The notes under the pieces are model-generated. The model was not told the DNA's origin and searched no databases. It saw only the letters and a program-made list of their open reading frames with translations. A stretch of 64,000 bases of DNA from Candidatus Moraniibacteriota bacterium (GTDB lineage: Bacteria > Patescibacteriota > Minisyncoccia > Moranbacterales > DUUL01): positions 5,797 through 69,796 of the forward strand of contig JALVDV010000007.1 in the NCBI GenBank assembly GCA_027008775.1. Reading direction: 5' to 3'. The translations under genes were made by a program, and so were the position numbers. This document shows, piece after piece, positions 8,495 to 18,709 of this stretch. Numbering within the stretch: position 1 is the stretch's first letter; the number at the start of each line of letters is the position of its first letter.

Positions 8495-10282
8495 ATGTTG
8501 AAAAATAAATTAGAAAGTATTTTAATTGAATTTTTGCGAGAGAGTGGATTTTTGACGGCTGATATTCAGTCAGACTTGCTTAAACTAGAAATTCCTCCCA
8601 ATTTGGAGTGGGGTGATTTGTCTTTGCCTTGTTTTGGTTTGGCTAAGATTAAAAAGAAATCGCCGGTGGAAGTGGCTGAAGAGGTAGCTGTTTTGTTAAG
8701 GTCTGAAAAAGCGCAGAAAGACGGTTTGTCAGACAAGGTGATTGAAGTCAAGGCGATGGGTCCTTATGTTAATCTAAAATTAAAAAGCAAGTTTTCTTTT
8801 GGGGAAATTTACAATGATGTTTTTGCCAAAAAAACTGTTGCCGGGGCAACTCTTGCCGGGAAGAAGCGAGAGCAAGTAATGTTGGAATATCTTTCGCCGA
8901 ATACCAACAAGCCTTTACATTTGGGTCATTTGCGGAACGGAGTTCTGGGGATGAGTCTGGCCAATATTTTGGAGGCCAGGGGAGAAGATGTTTTAAAAAC
9001 AACCTTGATTAACGACAGAGGAGTTCATATTTGCAAGAGTATGTTGGCTTGGAAAAAGTTTGGAAACGGTGATACTCCAATCAGCACCGGGGTTAAAGGT
9101 GATCATTTTGTGGGTGATTACTATGTAAAATTTGCTCAAGAGGCGGAGGTTAATCCGGAGTTAGGGGAGGAGGCGCAACTGATGCTGAAAAAATGGGAAG
9201 AAGGCGACGAGAAAGTTAGGAAAATTTGGCAGAGAATGAATGATTGGGTTTGGGATGGTTTCAAAAAAACATTCAAGGTTTTCGGTTTTAAGTTTGATGT
9301 GATTTACAAAGAGTCGGAAACCTATCGTCTGGGTAAAGATATTGTTTTGGAGGGATTAAGAAAGGGGATTTTCCAGAAAGACGCCAAGGGAGCGGTAATT
9401 TTTGTTTTACCGCGGGAGTTCGGTTTAGATGAAAATGGTCAGAGGAAAAGAGTAACGCTTTTACGCGCTGATGGCACCAGTGTTTATCTGACGCAAGATT
9501 TGGGTACGGCTGTAAAGAGGATGAATGATTTTGTCTTGGATAAAATGATTTATGTGGTGGCCAGTGAGCAAAATTACCATTTTAAGGTTTTGTTTGCTGT
9601 TTTGAAAGCGCTGGGTTATACTTGGGCGAACAAGCTTTTTCATCTCTCTTATGAGATGGTCTATCTGCCAGAGGGTAAAATGAAATCTCGCGAGGGAAAG
9701 GTGGTTGACGCTGACGATTTGCTGGAAGAAGTTAAAAATTTGGCAAAGAAAGGTTTATTAGAGAGACATTCGGAAAAGAAATTATCGGAGAAAGAAGCGG
9801 AAAAAAGAAGTTTAAAGATTGCTTTGGCGGCAATTAAATTTTATTTGTTGAGAGTTAATCCTTCTCAGACGATTAATTTTAATCCGGAAGAGTCGCTTTC
9901 TTTTGAAGGCTTTACCGGACCTTATTGTCAGTATGCTTATGCTAGAGGGAGCAAGTTGTTGCGGGATGGAGGAGTTGATTTAAAGGAGAAATTAGAGACC
10001 GATTTTTCCCAATTGGGTAGTCGGTCGGAGAGAGCATTGCTAATGCTGATTGCCCGGCGAGAGGAGAAAATAAAAATGGCCGAGGAGGATTTTAATCCGG
10101 CTGTTTTGGCCAATTATGCTTTTGAGTTGGCCAAAGCTTTCAATCATTTTTATCATCAAGAGTCTATTCTGAAAGCGGAAACTGGTTTGAAAAAAGCGCG
10201 TCTGGCATTGGTGCAAACTTTCTTATTAACTTTGGAGGAAGTCTTGTCTTTACTGGGGATAGAAGTTTTGGCAGAAATGTAG
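8495..10282 (+). CDS. argS: arginine--tRNA ligase
   Basis: Class I HIGH motif PLHLGHLRN, an ArgS-type anticodon-binding C-terminus, ~595 aa. Confidence 0.9.
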   Translation: MLKNKLESILIEFLRESGFLTADIQSDLLKLEIPPNLEWGDLSLPCFGLAKIKKKSPVEVAEEVAVLLRSEKAQKDGLSDKVIEVKAMGPYVNLKLKSKFSFGEIYNDVFAKKTVAGATLAGKKREQVMLEYLSPNTNKPLHLGHLRNGVLGMSLANILEARGEDVLKTTLINDRGVHICKSMLAWKKFGNGDTPISTGVKGDHFVGDYYVKFAQEAEVNPELGEEAQLMLKKWEEGDEKVRKIWQRMNDWVWDGFKKTFKVFGFKFDVIYKESETYRLGKDIVLEGLRKGIFQKDAKGAVIFVLPREFGLDENGQRKRVTLLRADGTSVYLTQDLGTAVKRMNDFVLDKMIYVVASEQNYHFKVLFAVLKALGYTWANKLFHLSYEMVYLPEGKMKSREGKVVDADDLLEEVKNLAKKGLLERHSEKKLSEKEAEKRSLKIALAAIKFYLLRVNPSQTINFNPEESLSFEGFTGPYCQYAYARGSKLLRDGGVDLKEKLETDFSQLGSRSERALLMLIARREEKIKMAEEDFNPAVLANYAFELAKAFNHFYHQESILKAETGLKKARLALVQTFLLTLEEVLSLLGIEVLAEM

Positions 10283-10286
10283 ATTG

Positions 10287-11417
10287 TTAGAAATTCTTAT
10301 TAAGGGTTGTTTGGAAGTCTTTTTCAGCTTTGATAAGGTCTTTGTTTTTAAATATGACTTTCAAACTATTGTTGCTTGGTTTAACCTGGTATTCTTCGGC
10401 GACGACTTCCAGAAGTCGTTGGTCTTTGAAATAGAACTGTCCGTGGGTATCATCTTTTTGGCTGTAGAATATTCCAAAGATTCTGGCGCGCGGGTAGTTT
10501 TTTCGTAATTCGCTCAGTATTTTGGGGATGTGTTTTTCTTCAGCTCTTGATTTTAAAAAGTCTTCCGTGGAGAGGAGCGTCCAGACAAATTTTTTGGAAT
10601 TATCCCAGTTTAGCCTGGCCATGGCGCGACCCCACAATTTTAGAAAAGAAAGGGGTTTGGTGCGATAAAGTTTTCTAATAATTTCTTTTTGGTTGGCTCC
10701 CAATTTGATTAATTTGGCGGCGGTGAGAAGGGTTTGGGGGGTGGTGGTGGCTTTTTGAAAACTGTCCGTAGCGTTGATGATGCCTGTTAGTAATAATTGC
10801 GCCGTATCTTTGTTTAGACTGTCCGGATAAAGTTTTTCTAAGAGATTTGTTATCATTTCTCCCACCGATGGAGAAGTGAGATCCACAATGTTTACCTGAG
10901 CATAATCTTCATTGTCGCTATTGTTGTTGATGTTTATTTTCGGCACTTCAAAAAATAAGTCGGTGTTTTTTTGGTAAATTTCTCCGAGCGATTCAAGTTG
11001 AGGGGCGCCGATGATAACAATGAGGTCGTACTTAAAGTCAGCCGGTGCCAGAGAGAAGTCACGAGGATCTATGGCGCCTTTTTCCGGAGTGACTCTAATG
11101 ATTACTTCATCATCTTTCTCTTCCGTTTTGATATTTATGATTTTGTTGTGTTGAGTGTTAAAGATTAAAAGGAAGTCACGACTACCATCCAGGGAATCAA
11201 TAAATATTTCATCTCCCGGTTGTTTCAGAAAAGATAGTTCCTGGCGTTGTTCCAGATTATTGTTTATTATTTTAACTTCTTTGTTGTTTGTTTTTAAAGC
11301 TTGTTCCAAAGCAAAAGTGGCGGTGAGGTGGTCAAGGTTTGGCTGAGGTGGGGTAACCAGTAAAATCTGTGATGATTTATCTACTAAATTTTTAAATTCT
11401 TTGTATTGTTTTTCCAT
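10287..11417 (-). CDS. NrnA/DHH-family phosphoesterase homolog with degenerate catalytic motifs (likely pseudoenzyme)
   Basis: Collinear with Bacillus NrnA, but the catalytic motifs are substituted:
- PDPDAYGS becomes PNLDHLTA
- CDTAN becomes FNTQH
- DHH becomes NNN (ININNNSDNEDY)
- GDTG becomes NATD
The DHHA1-like C-terminus is retained. Confidence 0.55.
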   Translation of the reverse strand: MEKQYKEFKNLVDKSSQILLVTPPQPNLDHLTATFALEQALKTNNKEVKIINNNLEQRQELSFLKQPGDEIFIDSLDGSRDFLLIFNTQHNKIINIKTEEKDDEVIIRVTPEKGAIDPRDFSLAPADFKYDLIVIIGAPQLESLGEIYQKNTDLFFEVPKININNNSDNEDYAQVNIVDLTSPSVGEMITNLLEKLYPDSLNKDTAQLLLTGIINATDSFQKATTTPQTLLTAAKLIKLGANQKEIIRKLYRTKPLSFLKLWGRAMARLNWDNSKKFVWTLLSTEDFLKSRAEEKHIPKILSELRKNYPRARIFGIFYSQKDDTHGQFYFKDQRLLEVVAEEYQVKPSNNSLKVIFKNKDLIKAEKDFQTTLNKNF

Positions 11418-11797
11418 TTTTTATGTGGAGAAAATTTTTATTTTTGGTTTGCTATTATAACAGATTAAGAAAAGAAAACAAATTTTTTGTATTAGATGAC
11501 CACTTCTTGGACACTTTAGCACACCTTGAGGCAAATCTTACAAATGACAGATGGCGAATAATTTGGGTGGAGACAATTGATAAAGATTGTGGATAAATTT
11601 GGGTTTGCTTAATTGGTCTGGTTGTAAATTTAAATTGTGATTGAAAGATTCAGTATCCGTTGTTAACTGTCAGCATCAAAAGGGTGAAGAGGACTGAGAA
11701 GATAGAAAGAATCAGGAAAATAGAAGGGGTTAAAAAGTTGGGAATAATGTTTTTTATTTTCTTAATTTTTTAAACTTCATTTTTTCACGGTCGTTTC

Positions 11798-11883
11798 TAT
11801 TATGATATTATCAATAATATCATAATATTTGTTTGTGTTGTTGTTGGGAGTTGTATTATGATATTATCAATAATATCATAATA
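11798..11883. repeat. pair of 30-bp perfect palindromes (tattatgatattat-ca-ataatatcataata) separated by 26 nt. This is copy A of a ~130-bp repeat unit that also occurs at 61570-61700.
   Basis: Seen directly. 14-nt arms with a 2-nt centre. The same downstream flank motif (GTTT..GGGnGGGTA.T.ACTGA.AA) follows both loci. Confidence 0.8.
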
Positions 11884-12249
11884 CTTGTTTAGGGAGGGTA
11901 TTTTTACTGATAATGCTTGTTGGTTAAAATGAGAAGGGGTTCTGTTGTTTGACTGGGGTGTGACATTGTTGGGGGCACTTCTTGATTTTGCTTTTGGGGA
12001 AGAACTAAATTTTTTTGTTACAGTTTGTTGAGCCTGTTGGACAGAATGTTTTTTGCCGACCGGATGTTGAATGGTGTCTTGTTTGTTTTTGTTGTTAGTT
12101 AAAGATAGAGAAGAACAATAAGATAGGGACACTTCGTTTTTTTGTGATTTGATTCACGCCTGGACAAAGAAAAAGAGTTAGTGGGGAAATAAAATAACGA
12201 GTCTTAGAGCGTGTGAAAATATTAAGAGTATAAGTTTAGAAAAATTGTG

Positions 12250-12700
12250 AGATGTTTCACTCTTACTTTGGAGGCAAAAAAGACTACGGAAATTGTTGAG
12301 TTGAATAGAAAAACGGCACAAAACTGTTACAACAAAATTCGTAGAGTGGTAGCAAATCTCAGAAAAGATAGAATTGCCTGAAAGTTGCTTTGGTGGAAAA
12401 AGAAAGAGTAAAGACAATAGAGAAGTAAATGCTGTAGAGGGGATATCTGTTTTGGGGTTAAAAAGAAGAATAGAGAAATTGTATACATAAATTACAAAAG
12501 ACGCCTCAAGAGAAAAGTCTTGGGAATAGTCTAAGATGCGACTGGCAAAGTTTTGCGGATTGAATTAAAGGGGTGGGACGGAATCTTGTTGAAAGTTAGC
12601 ATACCTGGTATTTCTTTGTTAAAAGGATGGTGTTTTGAGGTGCGCTCGGGATATGAGATAAAAAATTGTAGCGTCGTTGAAATAAAAAAGTGAAGATTGT
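12250..12700 (+). pseudogene. decayed IS1595-family (ISXO2-like) transposase remnant, frameshifted and truncated
   Basis: Frame 1 encodes TTEIVELNRKTAQNCYNKIRRVVANL, which resembles the IS1595 N-terminal HTH (..sy.TAW.mlHKIR.am). After a +1 shift comes LPESCFGGKRKSKDNREVNAVEGISVLGLKRRIEKL, which resembles the start of the DDE domain (DEtyfGGK.k..rG...K..V.G..eR.G). Multiple stops, no intact ORF. Confidence 0.45.
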
Positions 12701-12703
12701 TTT

Positions 12704-13456
12704 CTAGTGTTGTCTGCCCAAAACGATGGCAGAAATACTTTTCGGTTGGAGCTTTTTAACTTCTCGGGCCAAAGTGAAGAGAGTGGCGCCGGTGGTGCTG
12801 ACATCATCCACCAACAAAACATGTAGGTTGTTTAGATTTTTTTGAGAGGAGCGATTGATTTGTTGCCAGTCAAAGTCTTTGTTTATCTGAAAGGAATGGC
12901 GGACATTTTCTTGTCTTTGTCGGTATTTTTTAATTTTTCGTTGAGGAGTGGTGTAGCGTTTTTTGTTAACCAAATTTTTAACCAAAGGGATTTCCAGACT
13001 CGGCAATAGTTGGGAAGCGATTTCTTGGGCTAATAGTTCCGATTGATTGAAGCCTCGCCAGCGGAGACGATAAGGGTGTAGAGGGACCGGTATGATAAGG
13101 TCGGGAATTGGCAGAGAGCTTTTCCTTAGTTTTTCTATCATTATTTGTGATAAGGGGGCGGCCAGTTTTTTGACAAATTTGTATTTCAAATAATGAATGG
13201 CCGTAGCCAATAATTTGTCTTTATAATCGGCGACCACCAACAATCGGTCCAAGGAGACATTGGTTTGTTGGCGACAGGAGCGACAGATTTCCCCGTTTTT
13301 GGTAACGGATTTTTCACAGAGCGGGCAGACTTGCCAAGAAAGTTGCCGGATGCTTTTCAGGCATTCCGGACAGAGGATTTGATTTTCTTTTTGACAACCG
13401 AGACATTGTTGCGGAAAGAGAAGTTGCCGAATGATTTTTTTCAGAAAAGAAAGCAT
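12704..13456 (-). CDS. comFC: competence protein ComFC (ComF-family phosphoribosyltransferase-fold protein)
   Basis: N-terminal tetra-Cys zinc finger (CLGC...CPEC...CPLC), C-terminal PRTase motif VLLVDDVSTTGATL. Confidence 0.75.
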   Translation of the reverse strand: MLSFLKKIIRQLLFPQQCLGCQKENQILCPECLKSIRQLSWQVCPLCEKSVTKNGEICRSCRQQTNVSLDRLLVVADYKDKLLATAIHYLKYKFVKKLAAPLSQIMIEKLRKSSLPIPDLIIPVPLHPYRLRWRGFNQSELLAQEIASQLLPSLEIPLVKNLVNKKRYTTPQRKIKKYRQRQENVRHSFQINKDFDWQQINRSSQKNLNNLHVLLVDDVSTTGATLFTLAREVKKLQPKSISAIVLGRQH

Positions 13457-13490
13457 AATTTAGAGAATTCTTGGGCGAGAGCAGTCTGCT

Positions 13491-15917
13491 CTATTGAACC
13501 ATAATTTTTCTCTTTTGCGCCAGAAGTTTAAATTTTTTTGGTGACTTGGGGGAGGCGGTTTGTTTAAGAATGAGTTGAGCAACAACCGGTTCAACCAAGT
13601 TCTGAATATTTTGTCTGACCAGACGAGCGCCTTGTTGAGAAAGATGACTTTTTTGTTTTAAGAGTTCAATTACACTCTTGTCTATTTCCAGTTGAATTTT
13701 CTTCTGGACCAGTTTTTGTTTTAGCTCGTTTAATTCTCGTTTGATAATAGTGGAAAGCTCGCGGTTGTTGAGTTGGTTGAAGACTAAAATGTTGTCTAAG
13801 CGATTGATTAACTCGGGACGCAGTTGCTTTTCCAGTTCTTTGAAAATATCTTTTTCCAGATTTTTAGCAGATATTTTTTGCGAAGGTTGTTTGGCGAAGC
13901 CGAGAGAAAGTTGTTTGCTGAATTTTTCGCTGCCAATGTTGGAGGTTAGGATAATCAGTGAATTTTTCAAATTGAGTTTTTTATTTTTGGCGTCAACCAG
14001 TTCTCCCTCTTCCAAAATTTGTAAGAGGATGTTAAGAATCTGAGGATTAGCTTTTTCTATTTCATCAAAGAGAACGACGCTAAAAGGATTTTTTAAGAGC
14101 TTGTTGCTAAATTCGCCTCCTTCTTCGTAGCCAATGTAGCCGGCGGGCGCTCCTAGAAGTCGGGAAAGACTGTGTTTTTCGGTAAATTCGCTCATATTTA
14201 TTTGGATCAAAGAAGGTTGTTCATTGGGAGAAATGGCTTCGGCCAATAGTTTGGCTGTCATTGTTTTGCCAACACCGCTGGGTCCGATAAACAGGAAAGA
14301 GCCCAGTGGTCGGTTCTCTTTGCTGAGACCGGCCAAACGTCTGGCAATGGTTTCATTTATTTTTTTCTTGACGTGGGTTTGTCCAACCAATTTACGATTG
14401 AGATTTTGGGAGATTTTGCTGGCCAGAGCGGAATTGTGGTTATTGAGGACATCCAAAGAAATTCCGGAAATGGCCGACAAAGTCGTGAGAACATCGTCAC
14501 GGGTAACCTTGCTTTTTTTATTTTTCAAATCTTTTTGTAAAATTCTTTCCTCATTTTGTAATTCCTTCAGGAGGGCCACCTCTCTTTTTTTAATAGCCAA
14601 GGCTTCGCGGTATTTGTTTTGCAGGATAAGTTTTTCTTTCAACTGATTGAGCTGTTGCAATTGCTGTTTTTTGTTGAAATATTTTCGTGATTTCTCCGTA
14701 TCGGCTTGTTGGCTCTTGCGACGGGCGGCGCTTTCATCCAATAGGTCAATGGCGCTGTCGGGCAGGAAGCGATTGGTAATGTATCTCTTAGCCAGTCGGG
14801 GAATTTCTTTTAAGGCCGAGTCTGCAAAAGAGACATTATGAAAAGTTTCATAGTGTTTTTTAAGTCCGCGGATTATATTCTCTGTTTCAGACAGGCTGGC
14901 TTCCTGAATGATAATCGGCTGCATTCGTCGCTCCAGAGCGGAATCTTTTTCAATGTGTTTTTTGTATTCGTCAATGGTGGTGGCGCCGATGATTTGAATT
15001 TCACCCCTGGCCATAGCCGGCTTGAGAATGTTGGCGGCATCCATCCCGCCGGTGGCATTGCCGGCTCCCACCAAAGTATGCACTTCGTCAATGAAAAGAA
15101 TTATATTTCCTTGTCTTTTGACGGTGGCGATGACTTCTTTTAAGCGAGCTTCAAACTCTCCGCGGAAAGTTGTGCCGGCAATCAATTGGCTTAAGTCTAG
15201 AAGCATAATTTGTTTGTTCATCAGATATTCCGGGACTTCCAATTGATTGATTTTTTGGGCCAGACCTTCAACAATGGCTGTTTTACCTACGCCGGGATCG
15301 CCGATTAAAATGGGATTGTTTTTGGTTTTGCGTCCCAAAATTTGAATAAGCCGATTGATTTCTTTCTCTTTGCCGATCAGAATTTGTTTGCGAGGGTCTA
15401 TCTTATTGAGATTGGTGCAATAAACGTTCAGAATGTTGTTAGCTTCCGGTGTTGCTTGGGGTAGTCTGCCGGGGAACAAATCACGGAGCAATTTTTCAAC
15501 TTCTTCATCCATTTCTTCAGCGGCAAAATCTTTGGGCGGTCTGCCGAGGGCGTGGAGAAGGCCTATTTTCTTGCCGTTTTCCAAAAAATTGCTTCCGTTT
15601 TGCGGTTCCAGGTAATTGATAAATACTTGGAGAAGGTGCTCGGTGCCTACCAATGGATTTCCGTTCAGGTAGGCCATGCGGGTGGCTTGAAAAATCAAAT
15701 CGCCGGCGCTCAGGTTGCTTTTTTTTAAGGCATTGATAATAAACTCTTTGGTTTTGATGTCTAAGGAGTCAAAAATGCTTTTGCCGTAGCAACCGCTTTT
15801 CTTTAAAATATTCTCAATGATGTATCTGGCTTTGATGTTGACTAATTTTTGTCCGGGAAAGGTTTTCTCGGTCAGTTTGATAATTTCTTTGGCGTTGTTG
15901 GTAAAATACTTGTACAT
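13491..15917 (-). CDS. clpC: Clp/Hsp100 AAA+ chaperone, ClpC-type ATP-binding subunit
   Basis: Two AAA+ modules ([31 protein letters not shown]), Clp_N repeats at the N-terminus, ~808 aa with a short middle domain. Confidence 0.85.
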   Translation of the reverse strand: MYKYFTNNAKEIIKLTEKTFPGQKLVNIKARYIIENILKKSGCYGKSIFDSLDIKTKEFIINALKKSNLSAGDLIFQATRMAYLNGNPLVGTEHLLQVFINYLEPQNGSNFLENGKKIGLLHALGRPPKDFAAEEMDEEVEKLLRDLFPGRLPQATPEANNILNVYCTNLNKIDPRKQILIGKEKEINRLIQILGRKTKNNPILIGDPGVGKTAIVEGLAQKINQLEVPEYLMNKQIMLLDLSQLIAGTTFRGEFEARLKEVIATVKRQGNIILFIDEVHTLVGAGNATGGMDAANILKPAMARGEIQIIGATTIDEYKKHIEKDSALERRMQPIIIQEASLSETENIIRGLKKHYETFHNVSFADSALKEIPRLAKRYITNRFLPDSAIDLLDESAARRKSQQADTEKSRKYFNKKQQLQQLNQLKEKLILQNKYREALAIKKREVALLKELQNEERILQKDLKNKKSKVTRDDVLTTLSAISGISLDVLNNHNSALASKISQNLNRKLVGQTHVKKKINETIARRLAGLSKENRPLGSFLFIGPSGVGKTMTAKLLAEAISPNEQPSLIQINMSEFTEKHSLSRLLGAPAGYIGYEEGGEFSNKLLKNPFSVVLFDEIEKANPQILNILLQILEEGELVDAKNKKLNLKNSLIILTSNIGSEKFSKQLSLGFAKQPSQKISAKNLEKDIFKELEKQLRPELINRLDNILVFNQLNNRELSTIIKRELNELKQKLVQKKIQLEIDKSVIELLKQKSHLSQQGARLVRQNIQNLVEPVVAQLILKQTASPKSPKKFKLLAQKRKIMVQ

Positions 15918-16038
15918 TTTTTTTATTATGTTATAATTCTGGTGAGTAGTTGAAATTCAGCGTTTTTTATTTTTCTGTTGCCTGATTTTATCACAAAAAA
16001 CGCCTTTTATCAATAGTAAAAAGAAAAAGAAAATTACA

Positions 16039-17172
16039 ATGAGTAGCAAGTTACTAGGGAGTTTGCTGGGTGGTATTTCCGAGGTTTTTGATAAAGACGA
16101 CACAGCTGTCGGAGTTGATGTTGGGAGTAACAGTATTAAGGTGGTTTCGCTTAAAAGAAAGGGGGAAAAGATTGTTTTGGATAATTATGCGGTAGTGAGA
16201 AGCGAAGATAAACTTTTGAATTTAGCCAATCCGGGAGTTATCAATGATTTGGCGGGGGTTGTTGCCAAACAAGCTTTGGAAGCGGCCGGTATAAAAGAAA
16301 AAAAGGTGAATGTGGCCACTCCGAGCTTTACTTCTTTGGTGGTAACCATTGAAGTTCCCAAGATGCCCGAGGAGCAATTTGAGGAAGCGGTTCGCAAGGA
16401 AGTTTCCAAATATATTCCGGTGAGCATTGAAGACGTGGTTTATGATTGGCAGGTAATCAATGAAGATGTTTTGCAAAGTAATGAGAAGGCTATTACGCCG
16501 GAGGAACGACAGAAGCTTCAAAATCAGTCCAATTCGGTAAAGATTTTGGTGATCGCTATTATAAAAGAAATAAGCGCTAGGTATAATAAGGTTTTTAGAG
16601 ATAATGGTTTGGAGTTGAACCTGTTGGAGATAGACTCTATTTCTTTGGCCAGGGCTCTGGCCGGGCCGGAAGGGGAGATTTCTTTGATTTTGGACATTGG
16701 ACATGAAACCTGCAATGTGATCATTTCTTCTCGGGAAGGGTTGTTGTTGAATAGAACGATAGATGTTGGAGGAGACACTATAACCAGAAAAATTGCCGAA
16801 ACTTTGGGAGTTGATTTTGCGGAGGCGGAGCGTTTAAAAATAGAAAAGGGATTGCACCTGGTGGATTCGAAAAGTGGAAAAAATATTTCTCTGGAGCCGG
16901 TGATTAAAATAGTGGATGAGCTAAAAAGGACACTCAAGATTTTTGAGGAAGATTTTCAGAGGTTAAAAGTGAAGGAAGTCTATTTAACCGGGGGTTCGGC
17001 GGCAATGATTGGTTTGAAAGATTTTTTGGAAAAAGAGCTGAATTTGCCGGTTTTGGTAGCCAACCCTTTGCGAGGAATCGCTTTTGCGCCGGAAGTAGAA
17101 GAGGCTTTATTGAAGCATGCTCCGCTGTTGACCATTGCTATCGGATTGGCTTTGGCCAATTTTGAAAAATAA
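16039..17172 (+). CDS. pilM: type IV pilus assembly protein PilM (actin-like ATPase fold)
   Basis: VGVDVGSNSIKVV phosphate-1 motif, later DIGHETCNV. It opens the pilMNO-pilB-pilT-pilC operon. Confidence 0.8.
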   Translation: MSSKLLGSLLGGISEVFDKDDTAVGVDVGSNSIKVVSLKRKGEKIVLDNYAVVRSEDKLLNLANPGVINDLAGVVAKQALEAAGIKEKKVNVATPSFTSLVVTIEVPKMPEEQFEEAVRKEVSKYIPVSIEDVVYDWQVINEDVLQSNEKAITPEERQKLQNQSNSVKILVIAIIKEISARYNKVFRDNGLELNLLEIDSISLARALAGPEGEISLILDIGHETCNVIISSREGLLLNRTIDVGGDTITRKIAETLGVDFAEAERLKIEKGLHLVDSKSGKNISLEPVIKIVDELKRTLKIFEEDFQRLKVKEVYLTGGSAAMIGLKDFLEKELNLPVLVANPLRGIAFAPEVEEALLKHAPLLTIAIGLALANFEK

Positions 17173-17255
17173 GGAACAAAAATAAAATAAAAATAAAAAG
17201 TAAATTAAATTTTTTTGGTCTGAATTTTTAGGCCGAGAAAATTGTTGAAAAAACA

Positions 17256-17837
17256 GTGAAGAAGATAAATTTGAAAGCCGGGGAGATAAAGGGTGACTCC
17301 TCCTCAATCTCGGGAGGTGGTTTTGGCGCCATCCTTTCCGCAGTTTTTGTTTTGGTTTTGACGGCCGGTTTATACGGAGCGTCCTACTACCTCTTGAAAC
17401 GAGAGCAGGGTAAAAAGCGGCATCTGGAGACGGAGATTGTTAATATCAAAAATAGTTTAGATAGAAATCAGGAGTTTCAAAAACTGTATGCTTTTCAAGA
17501 AAGACTTTTTAATTTGTCTGAAATTTTTAATGTCAAAATTGGGCAGGCTGAATTTCTTTCTCGTCTTTCGGCCAAAACTTTGGATAGAAATACTGTTAAG
17601 GATTTAAATATTGACTTCAAAGAAGGAAGCAGAAAGATTGTGTTGACGGAAGTTGTGCCCGATCTGTCAAGTTTGGCTGAGCAAATTGCGGCTTATAACT
17701 CCCTTGACAAGGAAGGGCAGGCTTCTTTGACTGATATGAAATTGCAAGGTGATGCTTTGGAGTCCACCATTTCTTTTAATTTAAAAGAGAAGGAGAAACA
17801 GACCGGAAAAACCGGTGATTCTTCCGCGGGGAAGTAG
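17256..17837 (+). CDS. pilN: PilN-like bitopic pilus assembly protein
   Basis: Single N-terminal TM, coiled periplasmic region, position immediately after pilM. Confidence 0.5.
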   Translation: MKKINLKAGEIKGDSSSISGGGFGAILSAVFVLVLTAGLYGASYYLLKREQGKKRHLETEIVNIKNSLDRNQEFQKLYAFQERLFNLSEIFNVKIGQAEFLSRLSAKTLDRNTVKDLNIDFKEGSRKIVLTEVVPDLSSLAEQIAAYNSLDKEGQASLTDMKLQGDALESTISFNLKEKEKQTGKTGDSSAGK

Positions 17838-17878
17838 TTTATTGTTTTATTGTTAATAATAATTTATTCAATAACTAG

Positions 17879-18700
17879 ATGAACATTAGGCTTTTATTTT
17901 TACCTCTCTCCATTGTTGTTTTTTTGTGGGTGACAATTGGTTTTACTAAAAGCAATTGGGATCAGTACCGGCAGACGAAGAAAGAGGTGAAAGAATTGAC
18001 CGTTTCCAGAGATAAATTGGCTCGGGGTGTGAGTAAAATTAGAAAGGCTTTGGCTGATTACAAGGCTTTGGACGAAGAAACTCTTCTTTATGTTAACAAT
18101 GCTTTGCCGGAGAAGAAGAAGGCGGAGGATTTGGTGGCGGAATTAAATAAGAATGCCAGTCAGGGAGGGGTTTTGTTGACCAAGGTTACTGTGGCTCAAA
18201 ACAGACAGAGGCGCAGAACAAATTGTTCGCGAAAAAGCGGGACTGCCAGCGCTAAGAGTGGGGCCAGGCCAAATTGTGTGGCTCAGCCCGACAGTTTACA
18301 AGTGAGATTGACTTTATTTTCTTCTTATTTGTCCGCTAAGAATTTTTTGGCCAAACTGGATAAGGAGAATAGGGTTATTTTGCCGGTAGCTTTGCGAATA
18401 TCTAAGAATACAAACAAACAACAGGCTGAGGAAAACAAGGATAAATTGGGAGAGGGTGGTACCGGAGAGGATTTGGTGAGTACCGATTTGCGTTTCAATA
18501 TTTTTTACAAAAAACCGAGAAGCGAGAATTTGAGATTTTCTCAAATGTTGGGCAAGGATAAAGTTTTGGACAGTTTGTTGAGTAAGGGCTTGGCCAAGGA
18601 TACTATTGATAAATTAAAAGAAGTTGTTGGCGGACAACTTTTCCGGCCGGTGGAAGTTGGAAATACCGGAAAAGAAGATTTGTTTAAAAAGAATTCGTAA
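17879..18700 (+). CDS. pilO: PilO-like bitopic pilus assembly protein
   Basis: N-terminal TM (LLFLPLSIVVFLWVTIGF), position between pilN and pilB. Confidence 0.45.
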   Translation: MNIRLLFLPLSIVVFLWVTIGFTKSNWDQYRQTKKEVKELTVSRDKLARGVSKIRKALADYKALDEETLLYVNNALPEKKKAEDLVAELNKNASQGGVLLTKVTVAQNRQRRRTNCSRKSGTASAKSGARPNCVAQPDSLQVRLTLFSSYLSAKNFLAKLDKENRVILPVALRISKNTNKQQAEENKDKLGEGGTGEDLVSTDLRFNIFYKKPRSENLRFSQMLGKDKVLDSLLSKGLAKDTIDKLKEVVGGQLFRPVEVGNTGKEDLFKKNS

Positions 18701-18709
18701 AATATTGAC

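Noticed and set aside
11798-11883. Possible CRISPR array. The same palindromic 30-mer is repeated with ~25-nt spacing, at two loci.
   Set aside because: There are only two copies per locus and no series of uniform unique spacers. The repeats are perfect palindromes, whereas CRISPR repeats are only partially palindromic. No cas genes are present. It is treated as a dyad-symmetric repeat/MITE-like element instead.
11800-12132. 110-aa minus-strand ORF covering the palindrome pair
   Set aside because: Low-complexity N/Q/S/T-rich translation over an obviously repetitive, non-coding region. No start context.
14224-15246. Several + strand ORFs (14224..14646, 14647..14841, 14838..15143, 15022..15246) antisense to clpC
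   Set aside because: clpC on the minus strand has continuous AAA+ motif support across this interval. The antisense ORFs lack any motif.
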